From an uncultured virus (IMG/VR IMGVR_UViG_3300033069_000905) (lineage: Duplodnaviria > Heunggongvirae > Uroviricota > Caudoviricetes), in IMG/VR virus record IMGVR_UViG_3300033069_000905, positions 1-64,000 of that record: 64,000 nt of DNA. The stretch is one strand, 5' to 3'. This document shows positions 54,061 through 64,000 of the stretch, one piece after another. The position numbers were made by a program, and so were the translations under genes. Within the stretch, counting starts at the first letter, position 1. Each line of letters begins with the position of its first letter. Under the pieces are notes generated by a model. The model was not told the origin of the DNA. It worked only from the letters and a program-made list of their open reading frames with translations, and made no database searches.

Positions 54061-54724
54061 TGCATTCTCCGAAGAAAGGCATATAGCGTGGCGGGAAGAC
54101 GTTAACTATGTTATTTGTATATGTTCGGTTAATTTGGAAGAAGCTCTGACCGTACCCGTGTACAGGAACCTTGGCTTTTTTGCTAGTGTGCTCTACGTGG
54201 TCGAACCATCGGTTAGGGTCGCACTCTGAAGTATTTCTACAAACAGCCTTGTCTGATAAGACCCCCCCAAGCCCCCCATTATACGCAGCAAAAGAAAAAG
54301 CCATACGTTCTTTTTCATCCGCTGCCAAAGAGAACTTGCCGTAGTTAAATTTATCCATCAACACAAGCGTCCTGATTTGGTAGGCGGCATCATACCTGTC
54401 CTCCCATTTCCAGTCACTCATCGTCGTATTCAGCTTCTTCGCCTCTTTGAAGTTGTCGAATTTGGCTGTGATTGTAATTTGTCCGAGGCCAAAGCCGTAC
54501 TCTCGGGATGTCTTGAGTTCCGCTCTCGGGTTCCAGCAAAACCTGTGCTTTAGACTCGGGCAGGTTTCTTGTCTTATCTGAGAACCTAACATTGATTTCC
54601 ATTTCAACTCAGGCCAATAGAGGTTGGATTCTAATAAAAGTGTAGGTAGATGCTGCTGCTCATTTGCAGTTAATTGCACAACCGGGCAAATAGGCTCAAG
54701 TGGGGGCGGGTGAGATGGAAGCAT
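54050..54724 (-). CDS. Endolysin, lytic transglycosylase (SLT)
   Basis: QET, GFGLGQ and AAYNGG motifs. Confidence 0.88.
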   Translation of the reverse strand: MLPSHPPPLEPICPVVQLTANEQQHLPTLLLESNLYWPELKWKSMLGSQIRQETCPSLKHRFCWNPRAELKTSREYGFGLGQITITAKFDNFKEAKKLNTTMSDWKWEDRYDAAYQIRTLVLMDKFNYGKFSLAADEKERMAFSFAAYNGGLGGVLSDKAVCRNTSECDPNRWFDHVEHTSKKAKVPVHGYGQSFFQINRTYTNNIVNVFPPRYMPFFGECNVR

Positions 54725-54896
54725 CTTTATTTTCCACTGATTCTACGGGAATATCCGCGTGCCCACAGTTCGGACACTCCACGGGAAGTCGCGTCCTGTT
54801 AATGCTAAACCAGTTCGGCCAGTTGAAAACATCCCACTTGTGATTGCAAACTGAGCACGAAAAATGAAACAGGCGTGATACTGACCAAACAATCAT
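54696..54896 (-). CDS. Small Zn-ribbon protein
   Basis: CSVC..CPNCG. Confidence 0.55.
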   Translation of the reverse strand: MIVWSVSRLFHFSCSVCNHKWDVFNWPNWFSINRTRLPVECPNCGHADIPVESVENKDASISPAPT

Positions 54897-54908
54897 AGAC
54901 CACCCCGC

Positions 54909-55226
54909 TTATTTGAAAACCTGCATGGAGAGTGACATCACCGCTATGAGGAACGCCACAACAGAAGCAAACACAATCGCTGCTGACATGTTGTTATCTC
55001 TTACGGCTAACCTAGCGATGGCCTGTAAATCAAGGCTGTTGAAAAGAATCCTTCGGGTTAGGTGTGTTCCACCGACCATGAACAGCGCGATCCCCATAGC
55101 CTGAAAGATCACAGCGTTGGTCGGGTCAGCTTGATACAGAAGAAAACCGACCGCGCCCATCAGAATAAAAATCTTGAAAAAGTCGTAGAAAAAACGACGT
55201 ACCTTGCTTACTTCATCCGTAATCAT
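54909..55226 (-). CDS. Holin-like membrane protein
   Basis: Three hydrophobic helices, in the lysis cassette. Confidence 0.7.
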   Translation of the reverse strand: MITDEVSKVRRFFYDFFKIFILMGAVGFLLYQADPTNAVIFQAMGIALFMVGGTHLTRRILFNSLDLQAIARLAVRDNNMSAAIVFASVVAFLIAVMSLSMQVFK

Positions 55227-55726
55227 ATTGGTGTCTCCTGTTTAGCATCTCTACGCAAGCTGTCTCTGTTTTTAAGCAACAGCATATCCATGAACTGCTT
55301 TCGTTCGTCCAAGCCCTGTGCAAGAAGACCTTTCATTTCTTCGTCTTTCACATCCAATTTGCTGCGCAAGCGCTCGTTGGTTTCTCGCAAAGATTCAAGG
55401 GAGAAGATTTGTGCTTCCAAATGAGCAACCCTAAGTACCAACTCATTACGTTCTTTGCTTGCTGAATCTGCCGCTAGTCGATATTCTTCAACTTGCTTGC
55501 TTAACTGTGTGTATAGCGTGCTGCCAACTTCTGATATGGCTGTCTCTAAGACGTTTGTGTTCTTGTCTTTTGTTTTTTTGTTGATTAGCATCATGAACGG
55601 TAAGCAAGCCCCCGCAACCATCAGAAGAATGACGACTACCCATTTAGTCGCTTCAAGGATGTCGCTGCCTCCTGTGGAGAGTCCTTGCACCATCGTAACA
55701 GCTTCGGATAGGGGTACGTCAGACAC
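55223..55726 (-). CDS. Membrane-anchored coiled-coil protein (lysis-associated)
   Basis: One TM helix plus heptad repeats. Confidence 0.65.
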   Translation of the reverse strand: MSDVPLSEAVTMVQGLSTGGSDILEATKWVVVILLMVAGACLPFMMLINKKTKDKNTNVLETAISEVGSTLYTQLSKQVEEYRLAADSASKERNELVLRVAHLEAQIFSLESLRETNERLRSKLDVKDEEMKGLLAQGLDERKQFMDMLLLKNRDSLRRDAKQETPI

Positions 55727-55845
55727 GGCAGGGCGTCCTTTTAATATGATGTGGCGTAAAGTTAGAGTATAGCGGGGGAGCTACCTTCCTTATGAAAACA
55801 AAAAGCGCACCGTACTGCGTGCGCTTTCGGCATTACCTGAGCGTA

Positions 55846-56016
55846 TCAAACCAAACTTCTAAGCTTGTCTAAGGTAATTTGGGTTTCAACCTGCTGTGAT
55901 TCAAGCACTAAAAGATGCTGAACATCGCCAGTAGCCAATGCCGACGCCCTTAGTTCTCCGATGTAAGCAAGACGGGATTCACTTAAAACGATAAGTTCTT
56001 GAATAGTCACGGTCAT
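55846..56016 (-). CDS. Small hypothetical protein (56 aa, not in the ORF track)
   Basis: MTVTIQELIVLSESRL..ETQITLDKLRSLV; followed by a terminator at about 55800-55827. Confidence 0.55.
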   Translation of the reverse strand: MTVTIQELIVLSESRLAYIGELRASALATGDVQHLLVLESQQVETQITLDKLRSLV

Positions 56017-56019
56017 TCC

Positions 56020-58878
56020 TTAGAAGAACATTTGAGCACGAGACATTAGGGTGCCCGTATTTTGCAGGCAGTAGAGGTATTCCTCCCCCGTGGTCGGTGC
56101 AGAACAAATTCCCATGAAATTTCCGATATGTGCCGTGCCTTGTACCCACGTTGTCGTGGCATAGCCGCTAATCTTGTTCGTGGCGAGGTTATAACGGAAA
56201 ACACGAACAGGTTGTCCTGTGGCTGACCGCGATGCAAGGATAGAATCAACCCCGTCATACGCATAACTTGAACCTGTGGTAAACGGTTCAGCCTGTGGCC
56301 CGAAGAAGTAACCGAATGCCCATGTTTCCTTGGCAATATCGTAGATGTCGGCTGAGTTAGAACCACCACCCCGAGGGCAGAACATCAACTTTTTGTTGGC
56401 TACAGCAGTAGCTCCCCACGCCCATATCAACTCAATACCCGCGCCCCTTGGTGGAATAGACACAATGGCATAAGCTGATGTGGTGTCAGGCGTACCTGTG
56501 ATGGTCAGTGCCGTTGCCGTATTGGCTGTGCAGGTTGTCTCCGTTCCTTGCAGCGTTCCTGCTGTAACACGAACACGCTTACCGCCCCACTGATTAGTCG
56601 CCCAATTTTTAGTGTTATCCGTTAGTGTTGAAGCGGCACCTGATGTCGCAATACCCCATGCATCCGCAATCTCATAGCGTGTTGTGGCGTCCGGTGTGAA
56701 GGATTGGGTTGTGTAGGTAAGAGTTGTTGCCGTATTGGCTGTGATGCTGATACGGCCTGAGCCGTAGCCTGTACCCGCTTCCACTTTGAACAAATAACCA
56801 ATCCACTGACCGGGAATCCAGTTCTTGCTTGAATCAGTTAGTGTTGTGAGTGAACCCCCTGAAGCATGGCCGTAGCCGTGCATGTTGGCTTCTTTACGCT
56901 GATCATCACAACCGAAAATGTTGGCGTCGTAAATGCAATATTTACTTGTTCCGTTAACACCTGCAACGATAGTGGCTACGGTTAACGTCGTTGCGGTATT
57001 TGCTGTAATCCAACGCTTCTGTGATGTAGGTGCGGTACCCGAAACACAAAGGTCAACAATGCGCCCCACATGCTCATTGACAATCCAGTTTTTACTTGGA
57101 TCGACAATGACTGTAGTTGATTGGGAGTTAGACGCTGCCATGTTGGCTGTCGCTGTGGTTGCAACAGAGAATGTGCAAGCGGATGTTGACACAGCACTCA
57201 CACCAAGAATGGTATAAGCAGCATTCCACAATCCTTCTGTACATCCAGCGAAGGTTACAGAATCGCCTTGCTTCAACCAACTAGCAGAAGCCAGAACAAT
57301 ATTTGCTGTTGGGCCAACTGTTGTGACACTCACAGTTAATCCCGAACCTGAACCCACAATGTTTGTGACCCCGCCTGATGTTGCAACCGTGTAGCCTGTG
57401 GTTGTGCCTGAATCAATCAATTCAATCGTAGAAGGAACACCCACGGCTGACAGAGCAACAACGCGACCTTTAGCACCGGCACCGGCACCAGTTACAAAAC
57501 TGAATGTGTCACCAATGGCATAACCCGTCCCCGCATTGGCTGGCGTTGTGTTGATTGCTTGGACACCCGCTGCAATACGTGTGCCCGAAGTGACGCCGAA
57601 AGGCTCCCATCCTGCCATGGTGCAGGTTATGTTAGCTGTAATGCCGTCATCGAAGTACTGCCCCTGCCCCCAGCAATCGTTGAATGTGGAATAGGCGAAT
57701 AAAGCAGAAGCCGCACCCCCCGCCATGTAGAGGCGAGCGTAATCCGGCCAGACTTCATACGTTGAACCTGTGGTGGGGTTTATATCCCAATTTCTATTGA
57801 CGGTAAACGCACCCGCTGTGTTGCTAACGATTCTTCGGGACTGACCAATACCCGTTCCACCTGTAATCACAATACGGTGATTTCTCCAACGATCAACTTC
57901 CAATGTGGTTTGACCCGCATCAGCAAGTGTTCGATTAGTTCCACTCACCACACCAAGATTTGTCACTAACGCTGAACCCAACTTCCCTGTGCGCTGAAGA
58001 GAAAAGTCAGTACCTAAAGCAGCAAGGATCATACCTTGTGGGGTTGTTTTGTTCTGCCAGCTATCAGCTATCACATCGTAGTATTGCAGGGAGAAATAGG
58101 GTGCGCCTGCAAGGGACGACAAAAGGTAAATCCCGCCCGATAACGTAGTGAAGAACGATGTGTAATCAGGGGTCGTTGTCCACGCCGTTACAGAAAACGT
58201 GCTGGACATGATTTGGAAGTGCGCTTGCGAACCTGCCGTTGTTACGGGGAGTGCATAAGGAAGGATCGCAGCATACGGCTGATTACTCCACGGATCGTGG
58301 GGCTGTAAGTTAATGTCGGACACATAGAGCGTCGTCGTGTCATTATAGAGAATCTTTTTATATTGTGTGGAGTCAGTACCAAAGGTTACACCAACCATGT
58401 ACCCTGCCCATTGATTAATCTTCCACTTCTTCAAGCTATCTGTGAGCAAGTTTGCTGCAACAGCGGTTACCACACCAGCGTCGTGAACAGTTTCTCCTGT
58501 GTACGTTAGCACACGAGTTTGACCCATACCTGTTCCGCTCAGAATTTCAATGGTTTGACCATCAAGAGTCGGCCCACGCAGTCCGGGGATTTGTATCGTG
58601 GTCGATGTTGCTGAAAGGACGCGCCCGTGAAAACCGCGCTTTGTTGTATAGCGTAGAGAACACCCAACCGTGGTGGTTTGATTAGGTGCTGCAAGTAATT
58701 GCCACGTATCTGCAATCGTGTCGTAGCGGTAGAAGGTAATACCAACGATGTAATAAATATAGCGATCCGTGCCGTCTTCCGATGTCGTCATGGCGGCAAT
58801 GGCTTGCGTTGCGACGGGGGCTTGGTTGCACAACTCGAAAAACGGTAGGTCAATTAGTTGTTTGTTTGCGTTAGCCAT
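56020..58878 (-). CDS. Tail-associated / adhesin-like virion protein
   Basis: T/G/A-rich, repeated LTDSSKNW..NQW.G..V.I..GTG.GQ.R.I..NTATTLT units. Confidence 0.75.
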   Translation of the reverse strand: MANANKQLIDLPFFELCNQAPVATQAIAAMTTSEDGTDRYIYYIVGITFYRYDTIADTWQLLAAPNQTTTVGCSLRYTTKRGFHGRVLSATSTTIQIPGLRGPTLDGQTIEILSGTGMGQTRVLTYTGETVHDAGVVTAVAANLLTDSLKKWKINQWAGYMVGVTFGTDSTQYKKILYNDTTTLYVSDINLQPHDPWSNQPYAAILPYALPVTTAGSQAHFQIMSSTFSVTAWTTTPDYTSFFTTLSGGIYLLSSLAGAPYFSLQYYDVIADSWQNKTTPQGMILAALGTDFSLQRTGKLGSALVTNLGVVSGTNRTLADAGQTTLEVDRWRNHRIVITGGTGIGQSRRIVSNTAGAFTVNRNWDINPTTGSTYEVWPDYARLYMAGGAASALFAYSTFNDCWGQGQYFDDGITANITCTMAGWEPFGVTSGTRIAAGVQAINTTPANAGTGYAIGDTFSFVTGAGAGAKGRVVALSAVGVPSTIELIDSGTTTGYTVATSGGVTNIVGSGSGLTVSVTTVGPTANIVLASASWLKQGDSVTFAGCTEGLWNAAYTILGVSAVSTSACTFSVATTATANMAASNSQSTTVIVDPSKNWIVNEHVGRIVDLCVSGTAPTSQKRWITANTATTLTVATIVAGVNGTSKYCIYDANIFGCDDQRKEANMHGYGHASGGSLTTLTDSSKNWIPGQWIGYLFKVEAGTGYGSGRISITANTATTLTYTTQSFTPDATTRYEIADAWGIATSGAASTLTDNTKNWATNQWGGKRVRVTAGTLQGTETTCTANTATALTITGTPDTTSAYAIVSIPPRGAGIELIWAWGATAVANKKLMFCPRGGGSNSADIYDIAKETWAFGYFFGPQAEPFTTGSSYAYDGVDSILASRSATGQPVRVFRYNLATNKISGYATTTWVQGTAHIGNFMGICSAPTTGEEYLYCLQNTGTLMSRAQMFF

Positions 58879-58928
58879 GAAAAATCCTTAGAGTAATTTG
58901 ATGTGGGTCGTGATCGTTACACGCGACA

Positions 58929-59273
58929 TCATGTAATACGTGACCGAATACCTTGATTGTAGCCTGTTCGGGACATCGCTTTTAGCATCTCAAAAGCAGA
59001 AACACCGCCAATATTAGTTTGGTTGCTCATTGTAGCCACCGTGGTCACCGTGGTCACCGTTCCTGACGCAATAGTGGCAGTGCAGTTCAAGTTACCTGCT
59101 GTGGCTTGGGTTGCGATCAGGGTTCCGCCTGTGACGTTGTTCACATCAACAGACAAACGATTACTGCCGCTACCCGTAACCACACCCAAAGGCTTCAGTG
59201 CTTGGAATATTCGACGCAAAAGCGTCAAACCTTTCTCTGTGGCTAGGTCTTCAAAAGCGTTTCTAAGGCTCAT
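58929..59273 (-). CDS. Virion structural protein
   Basis: T/V-rich, in the tail-fibre run. Confidence 0.65.
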   Translation of the reverse strand: MSLRNAFEDLATEKGLTLLRRIFQALKPLGVVTGSGSNRLSVDVNNVTGGTLIATQATAGNLNCTATIASGTVTTVTTVATMSNQTNIGGVSAFEMLKAMSRTGYNQGIRSRIT

Positions 59274-60757
59274 AGTCCATCCTCAATCCAAAACGTCATG
59301 CCGGTACCATCCCCTAAGCCTGTTTGAATCCACAACGCTTTATCGCCCGGAGCTATCGTTGGCGTTGCGTTCTGTATGTAAGTTGCGATACCGCTGCTGC
59401 CCCCCGTAATTGTAACGGTAACATCGTCACCTGTGTTAGTCGCCGTAACACCAGCCCCCACAAAATTTATTGATGCCGCTTTCGTTGTCTTTGTTACCCC
59501 TTCGTCCGCAACGAGAACATTGTATTGAGGGTGATCATCATCACCAAGACCACTCAAAGCACCATGATCCGTAATACTTGCGGGAACATCCACCGTAACC
59601 GCAGACCCAGTATTAGATGCGGTTACTCCCCCGCCTGTGAAATTTAGCGAAGAAACGTGGGGGGTTAAAGGTGTGCCCTCGTTAGCTATACTGACAACTG
59701 TTTCCAGATAAGGTGTGACCCACGCTATTGAACTACTGGAATCTATGACGCCAACTACTTGACGTATTGCAGGGGGAGTAAGAGTAACACCACCGGGTAC
59801 AGTGGCGCTTAGGTAAACTAAGTCGCCGGGTGAACCAGTTAGTGTAAGGTACGTAAGGTCACCGCAAAAACCGCCATATAAAGCGTAATCAAACTGACGC
59901 GCCCTGCCATCCAAAAGCACAGCCAAACCCAAAGTATTCGATACGTCATAACAAATAGAAAGGGCGGTTGCTAGCGTAGCTACGTTTGCCGCGCTGGCTG
60001 GCAAGTACGAGTCTGTTGTCGTGTCTAAGTAAAGAAATTTTTGACTTGGATCAGACTCCGCGTAGTAATACACCGTCGAAACAGCGTTTGCGTCGGCGAA
60101 AGCCGATTCATAGGGAACGATCTGTAAAGATGTGGCTGTTAAAGCCATACCAAAAATAACGGTATTACCGGCCAGCCTTGACATCATCTCTGGGGGAGAT
60201 GCAGGTATATCCCCGCGTGTCAATGTACCAATAGCGGTTCTTGATAGTAAATACGAAGCGTCAGGTTCTAACCCGGAAAAGCAATTGACTATCCCGCTGA
60301 AGGTCACCGTAAAATCATCAACACCTTGAATGGCTGTTACAACACCCATGCCGAAGTTAGACGTGTCTACAGTAATCCAAGTATCGAAAACACAGCGTGC
60401 AATATCCCCTACAGAAAAGCCGTGAGCAACTTGATGCACTTGAATAGAATCTTGGCCGTTTACAGCCACAGTAACATCACCACCAGAATTTGTTACAGTA
60501 ACTCCTGTGCCGACAAAATCGAGAGACGTAGCAGCAGATGTTTTGGATACCCCTTCATCTTTTACTGCAACGGCACTGCCTCCCCCCGGAATAGTGACAG
60601 TAGCTGCGCCACCTGTAGCCGTGACAGTAACGCCCGCACCAACAAAGTCAAAGCTGGAAACCCCAGCCGTCTTTTGCACGCCCTCGTCACGCACTTCAAC
60701 GGGTGTTCCGCTTGTCGCTATCGGACTAACTAAGGTGGATAGATTCACAGTCGTCAC
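59270..60757 (-). CDS. Tail-fibre-like protein
   Basis: Four V.DEG....SxNFVGAGVTAT repeats and a DHGALSGLGDDDHPQY motif. Confidence 0.75.
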   Translation of the reverse strand: MTTVNLSTLVSPIATSGTPVEVRDEGVQKTAGVSSFDFVGAGVTVTATGGAATVTIPGGGSAVAVKDEGVSKTSAATSLDFVGTGVTVTNSGGDVTVAVNGQDSIQVHQVAHGFSVGDIARCVFDTWITVDTSNFGMGVVTAIQGVDDFTVTFSGIVNCFSGLEPDASYLLSRTAIGTLTRGDIPASPPEMMSRLAGNTVIFGMALTATSLQIVPYESAFADANAVSTVYYYAESDPSQKFLYLDTTTDSYLPASAANVATLATALSICYDVSNTLGLAVLLDGRARQFDYALYGGFCGDLTYLTLTGSPGDLVYLSATVPGGVTLTPPAIRQVVGVIDSSSSIAWVTPYLETVVSIANEGTPLTPHVSSLNFTGGGVTASNTGSAVTVDVPASITDHGALSGLGDDDHPQYNVLVADEGVTKTTKAASINFVGAGVTATNTGDDVTVTITGGSSGIATYIQNATPTIAPGDKALWIQTGLGDGTGMTFWIEDGL

Positions 60758-60761
60758 GGCA

Positions 60762-61565
60762 CTACCTCCAATACTGCATTATATAAGATGCTGCGCTAGC
60801 GGGGATATTGATAAATATTGGTTTTGTTATGGTTTTAAAAATAAGCCAAGGGTTTGATGTTATTAAAGCCGCTTCGGCATCGGATAAAAGCCGATTCCAA
60901 GCACAAACTAAAATAGTCCAACCCGTACACTCGCCACCCCCGGCAGTGTTATTGCCTAGGAGTTTGTATGATGGACTTCCGGTTGACGGACTTCCCCCCA
61001 GTGTTCCCGTGGTTGTAGGGGTGAGCTTTATTCCGTTCTTGTAGGCTAGCCCACTTCCGCTTGTCTTACCCAGCAGATAGGTTGAAAACGTGCCGTCGAT
61101 TGCTCCTGCGACTTTAACCGATGACCGATTTACGCCTGTTTCCAGCAGACCTAGACATAGCTGCCCGTTAGTAGGCGTCTCGTTCTCGTCGTTGTTAGCT
61201 GAAAACCAAATCTTTCCACTTGTAGCGGTATGGTAAATCGGTGTTTGAGCCAACAAATTAGCAGTCGGATTGCCAAAAAATAACGCGGTTATGTCGCCGT
61301 TTCCTAACACACCAGCACTTGCGTTTAGACTAGCCCCCCCTGTACCAGAGGCTGTCCATCCTGTGCCTTTTGGGGTTGCGACTTTAGATAGCGTGCCTGA
61401 TCCCGCTGCATAGGTTTGCGGTAATCCTGTGACCAGATTGACGGCCATATTTCCCGTGGACACAAGCGAAAGTCCACGAGTGATCGGATTGCCCCAGTCA
61501 ATAGTGGCCCAGTCTTGTGTTTGTCCACCGCACGGCACTTGACGACCTATCATGTAGGCACCCAA
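60762..61565 (-). CDS. ConA/LamG-like virion protein
   Basis: IDWGNPITRGL..WNRLLSDAE..NPW. Confidence 0.7.
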   Translation of the reverse strand: MGAYMIGRQVPCGGQTQDWATIDWGNPITRGLSLVSTGNMAVNLVTGLPQTYAAGSGTLSKVATPKGTGWTASGTGGASLNASAGVLGNGDITALFFGNPTANLLAQTPIYHTATSGKIWFSANNDENETPTNGQLCLGLLETGVNRSSVKVAGAIDGTFSTYLLGKTSGSGLAYKNGIKLTPTTTGTLGGSPSTGSPSYKLLGNNTAGGGECTGWTILVCAWNRLLSDAEAALITSNPWLIFKTITKPIFINIPASAASYIMQYWR

Positions 61566-63097
61566 ATCGGTTTAGGGTTAGATTTGAGTATTTGCCACGG
61601 AGAAAAAAGAGAAGAAGAAATGCTTATCGCTTCTCCCACTGTCAGCGCCCTATTGTAAACTAGGTGCAGAGCATCCCTGTGGTTCTGAGTACCAACTACA
61701 AACCGATTAGTTAGTTTTGTTGTTCTGTTTGCGTTAGCTGTGCAAGTAAAGGTAGACGTTCCAGAGTTAACCTGCTTGCCGTTGGTGAACCAGCGCCACG
61801 TTGTACCATCCCACGTATAGATATAAACGTTATGAATGAGGTTGGAAGAAACAGCGTTATGTCCTGTGGTGTTAACATAAGCCCCGTTATTAGCGAACGA
61901 CGATGCACCGTTATTAACTCTGGACACGTTATCAATAGCCAGTGTGATCCCGTGACCCGAAGCCCCTTCATCAGACGTTAATACAGGGACATCAACTGGG
62001 TTTGTTTCTGCTCTCCCCACATAGACAATAGTGCCTTGTGTTGTTACGTCATCAGCACCTGTCCTACCGTAGTTTAAATACCCCCCCACACATTGAGATG
62101 CAACACCAAACTTTTCTGGTGTGGTGACAATAGAAGACCCTGAAAACGTGGGCTTTATACCCCTGACCAACTCCAAAGGAAGATTACAATTGACATTAAC
62201 TGCAAACACAAGCCCCTTTGTGATAGGGTTCCCCCAATCAATTTGGGCTGTCCATTGGGGTTGTTGAGTAACTATTATTTTTCGTGATCCTGCCGTTGAT
62301 GCTGTGGGGATGCTTCCTGAACTTGTGCCCAACAAGCGTGATTGACGAGTCAAAGCAGGGCCGCGAACTATGTCTATAACAGGAAGGCGTTTTTGGGGCG
62401 CTTGATACATTAGCCACGGGTTAGCTACTAACCTAGCTCTCTCTGCTGCGGTTAGAAAGCGTTTCCATCTGTGGAAACTTATAATCTGGCCGTTAATTAA
62501 ACCCCAACCCTCGCGGCATCCGATACGGGTATGCGCCCTTCCCGTAGCCCAGTTTAATCCACCAACAGTGGACACCACGTCACCGTTGAGGTCAACTGCG
62601 GTTATATTACCCCCAGCCGCCCACATAAAAACAGTATAAGCACCCCCTACGGCGACTGTTTCTGTCGTTGCCCCAAAACCCCCACCATAGTCGTAGGCTA
62701 ATTGCCCCGAGGAAGAAAAGTAAACATCAACGTTACCATCAAGTAAAAACGCCCCTGTATCGTCATATGCCCCACGTATCCCATGCAACATTACGGTTTG
62801 TGGGTAATCACCACTGATTTCAGTCATACCTCCTATTGACGTACCGCTAGTAGTAGCGTTATACCCATTTCTAGCATAGCTACGCCCAACTCCAAGACGA
62901 GTAGCGCGAAGGGTGTTCTCCGAATTTACGTTATGGTAGAGTATGCCTTCTCCGTAAGCAGGGTAAGTCGCCAGCGAAGGAAAAGCCGACGACAACCCTT
63001 CATTTATAGGATTGGATAGGTCAATCTGTGCATTACCCTGTGGTTGAGATGTACAAATCGCCAGAGGACGCAGCACTGAGCGTATCAGGCGGCTCAC
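61550..63097 (-). CDS. Tandem ConA/LamG-like virion protein
   Basis: Two QPQ..QID..NPI..GL ... YNRALT..E..PW units. Confidence 0.72.
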   Translation of the reverse strand: MSRLIRSVLRPLAICTSQPQGNAQIDLSNPINEGLSSAFPSLATYPAYGEGILYHNVNSENTLRATRLGVGRSYARNGYNATTSGTSIGGMTEISGDYPQTVMLHGIRGAYDDTGAFLLDGNVDVYFSSSGQLAYDYGGGFGATTETVAVGGAYTVFMWAAGGNITAVDLNGDVVSTVGGLNWATGRAHTRIGCREGWGLINGQIISFHRWKRFLTAAERARLVANPWLMYQAPQKRLPVIDIVRGPALTRQSRLLGTSSGSIPTASTAGSRKIIVTQQPQWTAQIDWGNPITKGLVFAVNVNCNLPLELVRGIKPTFSGSSIVTTPEKFGVASQCVGGYLNYGRTGADDVTTQGTIVYVGRAETNPVDVPVLTSDEGASGHGITLAIDNVSRVNNGASSFANNGAYVNTTGHNAVSSNLIHNVYIYTWDGTTWRWFTNGKQVNSGTSTFTCTANANRTTKLTNRFVVGTQNHRDALHLVYNRALTVGEAISISSSLFSPWQILKSNPKPIWVPT

Positions 63098-63106
63098 AGG
63101 TAAATC

Positions 63107-63592
63107 CTAGTTGTAATAAACTTCGGAGTACTTCGCTGCGTGACCAGAAGATGCGAGGTTAGCCCCTGTGTTGTTTTGGATAACCAGACCCCACTTACGC
63201 GGCATAATACCCCCGAAGGCGGCAGCAATGCTCATCGGTTCCGACTTGATGACAATGCTCGCTGTGTGGGCTTGGATTGTTCCGAGGAACTTCAGGTTGT
63301 TACCGTTGGCGGATAACGTCACTGAGCCATTACCGCCTCCCAATACTTCAGTCGTGGACGCCCCGCCCGGATAAGCGGTACCATCTTCTGAGCCAAAGGC
63401 ATAGATGGAGATATAGGTTGAAGCTGATGCGGTAATCGCCCCGATGCTTATTTCAACGTGAACCAAGGTATCTGTCGTGTTGTTACTGGTGCCTGTTGTT
63501 ACCACGTCACTCTGCACGGAACTTCCTGTTGCCAGAGAATTCAAGGCAGACGGAAGCGTTACAGTTTGCGAACTCGCGTAGTTAAGTGCCAT
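63107..63592 (-). CDS. Virion structural protein
   Basis: S/T/A-rich beta-type protein, FGGIMPRKWGLVIQNNTG. Confidence 0.7.
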   Translation of the reverse strand: MALNYASSQTVTLPSALNSLATGSSVQSDVVTTGTSNNTTDTLVHVEISIGAITASASTYISIYAFGSEDGTAYPGGASTTEVLGGGNGSVTLSANGNNLKFLGTIQAHTASIVIKSEPMSIAAAFGGIMPRKWGLVIQNNTGANLASSGHAAKYSEVYYN

Positions 63593-63593
63593 T

Positions 63594-64000
63594 TTAAACC
63601 CCTTCTTTCATTGCGCTAAAGCACTGTTCCCAACTTGCAAGGTCGGGAGAAACCCCCATAGTGGTTACATGGTCGTATTGTTCTTGGGTTAGTACATTGG
63701 TCGCCAGCAGCGCCCCCAACATCTGACCCACCAAAGGAATCGAGGTATCAATGTTGTTGTATCGCGCATTAGCTACGTCAATAACAGCTTCTGCCGCTGC
63801 TTTTGCGGGGTGATCCGTCGACGCTACTGTTTTTAGTGCCCACCAAACCCCTTGGGCTTGCAGGTAGGCTTGAACATCGGATATGGGAACTAGCTCAGTT
63901 TTAGTGCGCCCCGCGTTAACCTTCTCGGCAATAACGTGGTAATTCCCACCCGCTATTTCCTCTGGGGTGCACTTAGCCAGTATTTCATTTTTAGTGACGA
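63594..64000 (-). CDS. Partial hypothetical protein (start outside the window)
   Basis: Open frame ending ..EQCFSAMKEGV-stop. Confidence 0.6.
   Translation of the reverse strand, partial: VTKNEILAKCTPEEIAGGNYHVIAEKVNAGRTKTELVPISDVQAYLQAQGVWWALKTVASTDHPAKAAAEAVIDVANARYNNIDTSIPLVGQMLGALLATNVLTQEQYDHVTTMGVSPDLASWEQCFSAMKEGV

Overview
This is a segment of a large tailed dsDNA phage genome, almost entirely on the minus strand. The spanin/endolysin/holin cassette suggests a Gram-negative host. From right to left it holds tail-fibre/lectin genes (56-64 kb), a lysis cassette (53-56 kb), and a replication/recombination block (35-52 kb: Rep-like protein, DnaC-like loader, DnaB, primase, SSB, intein-containing SF2 helicase, RecA, resolvase, Cas4-like nuclease). 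Next come probable virion-delivered effectors sharing a short terminal tag (ADP-ribosyltransferase, two zeta-like kinases, a HipA/PI3K-like kinase) and 30 tRNA genes (28 at 0.1-12.3 kb, 2 at 33.6-35 kb). The strongest unexpected pattern is that eight HNH-type endonuclease genes each abut an intact tRNA. At seven of them, broken half-genes that look like the same isotype flank the cassette, and both halves survive at the Thr and Leu loci. This suggests cassettes that split a resident tRNA gene and supply a replacement. The tRNA array also carries two ~340-nt RNAs built on a 23S rRNA GTPase-centre (H43/H44) mimic, four Y-RNA-like repeats and other structured RNA candidates. It is preceded by an apparent attenuator whose 42-aa leader contains all 20 amino acids. 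A 16-bp quasi-palindrome recurs at least 12 times. All calls come from reading the sequence by eye; no searches were run.
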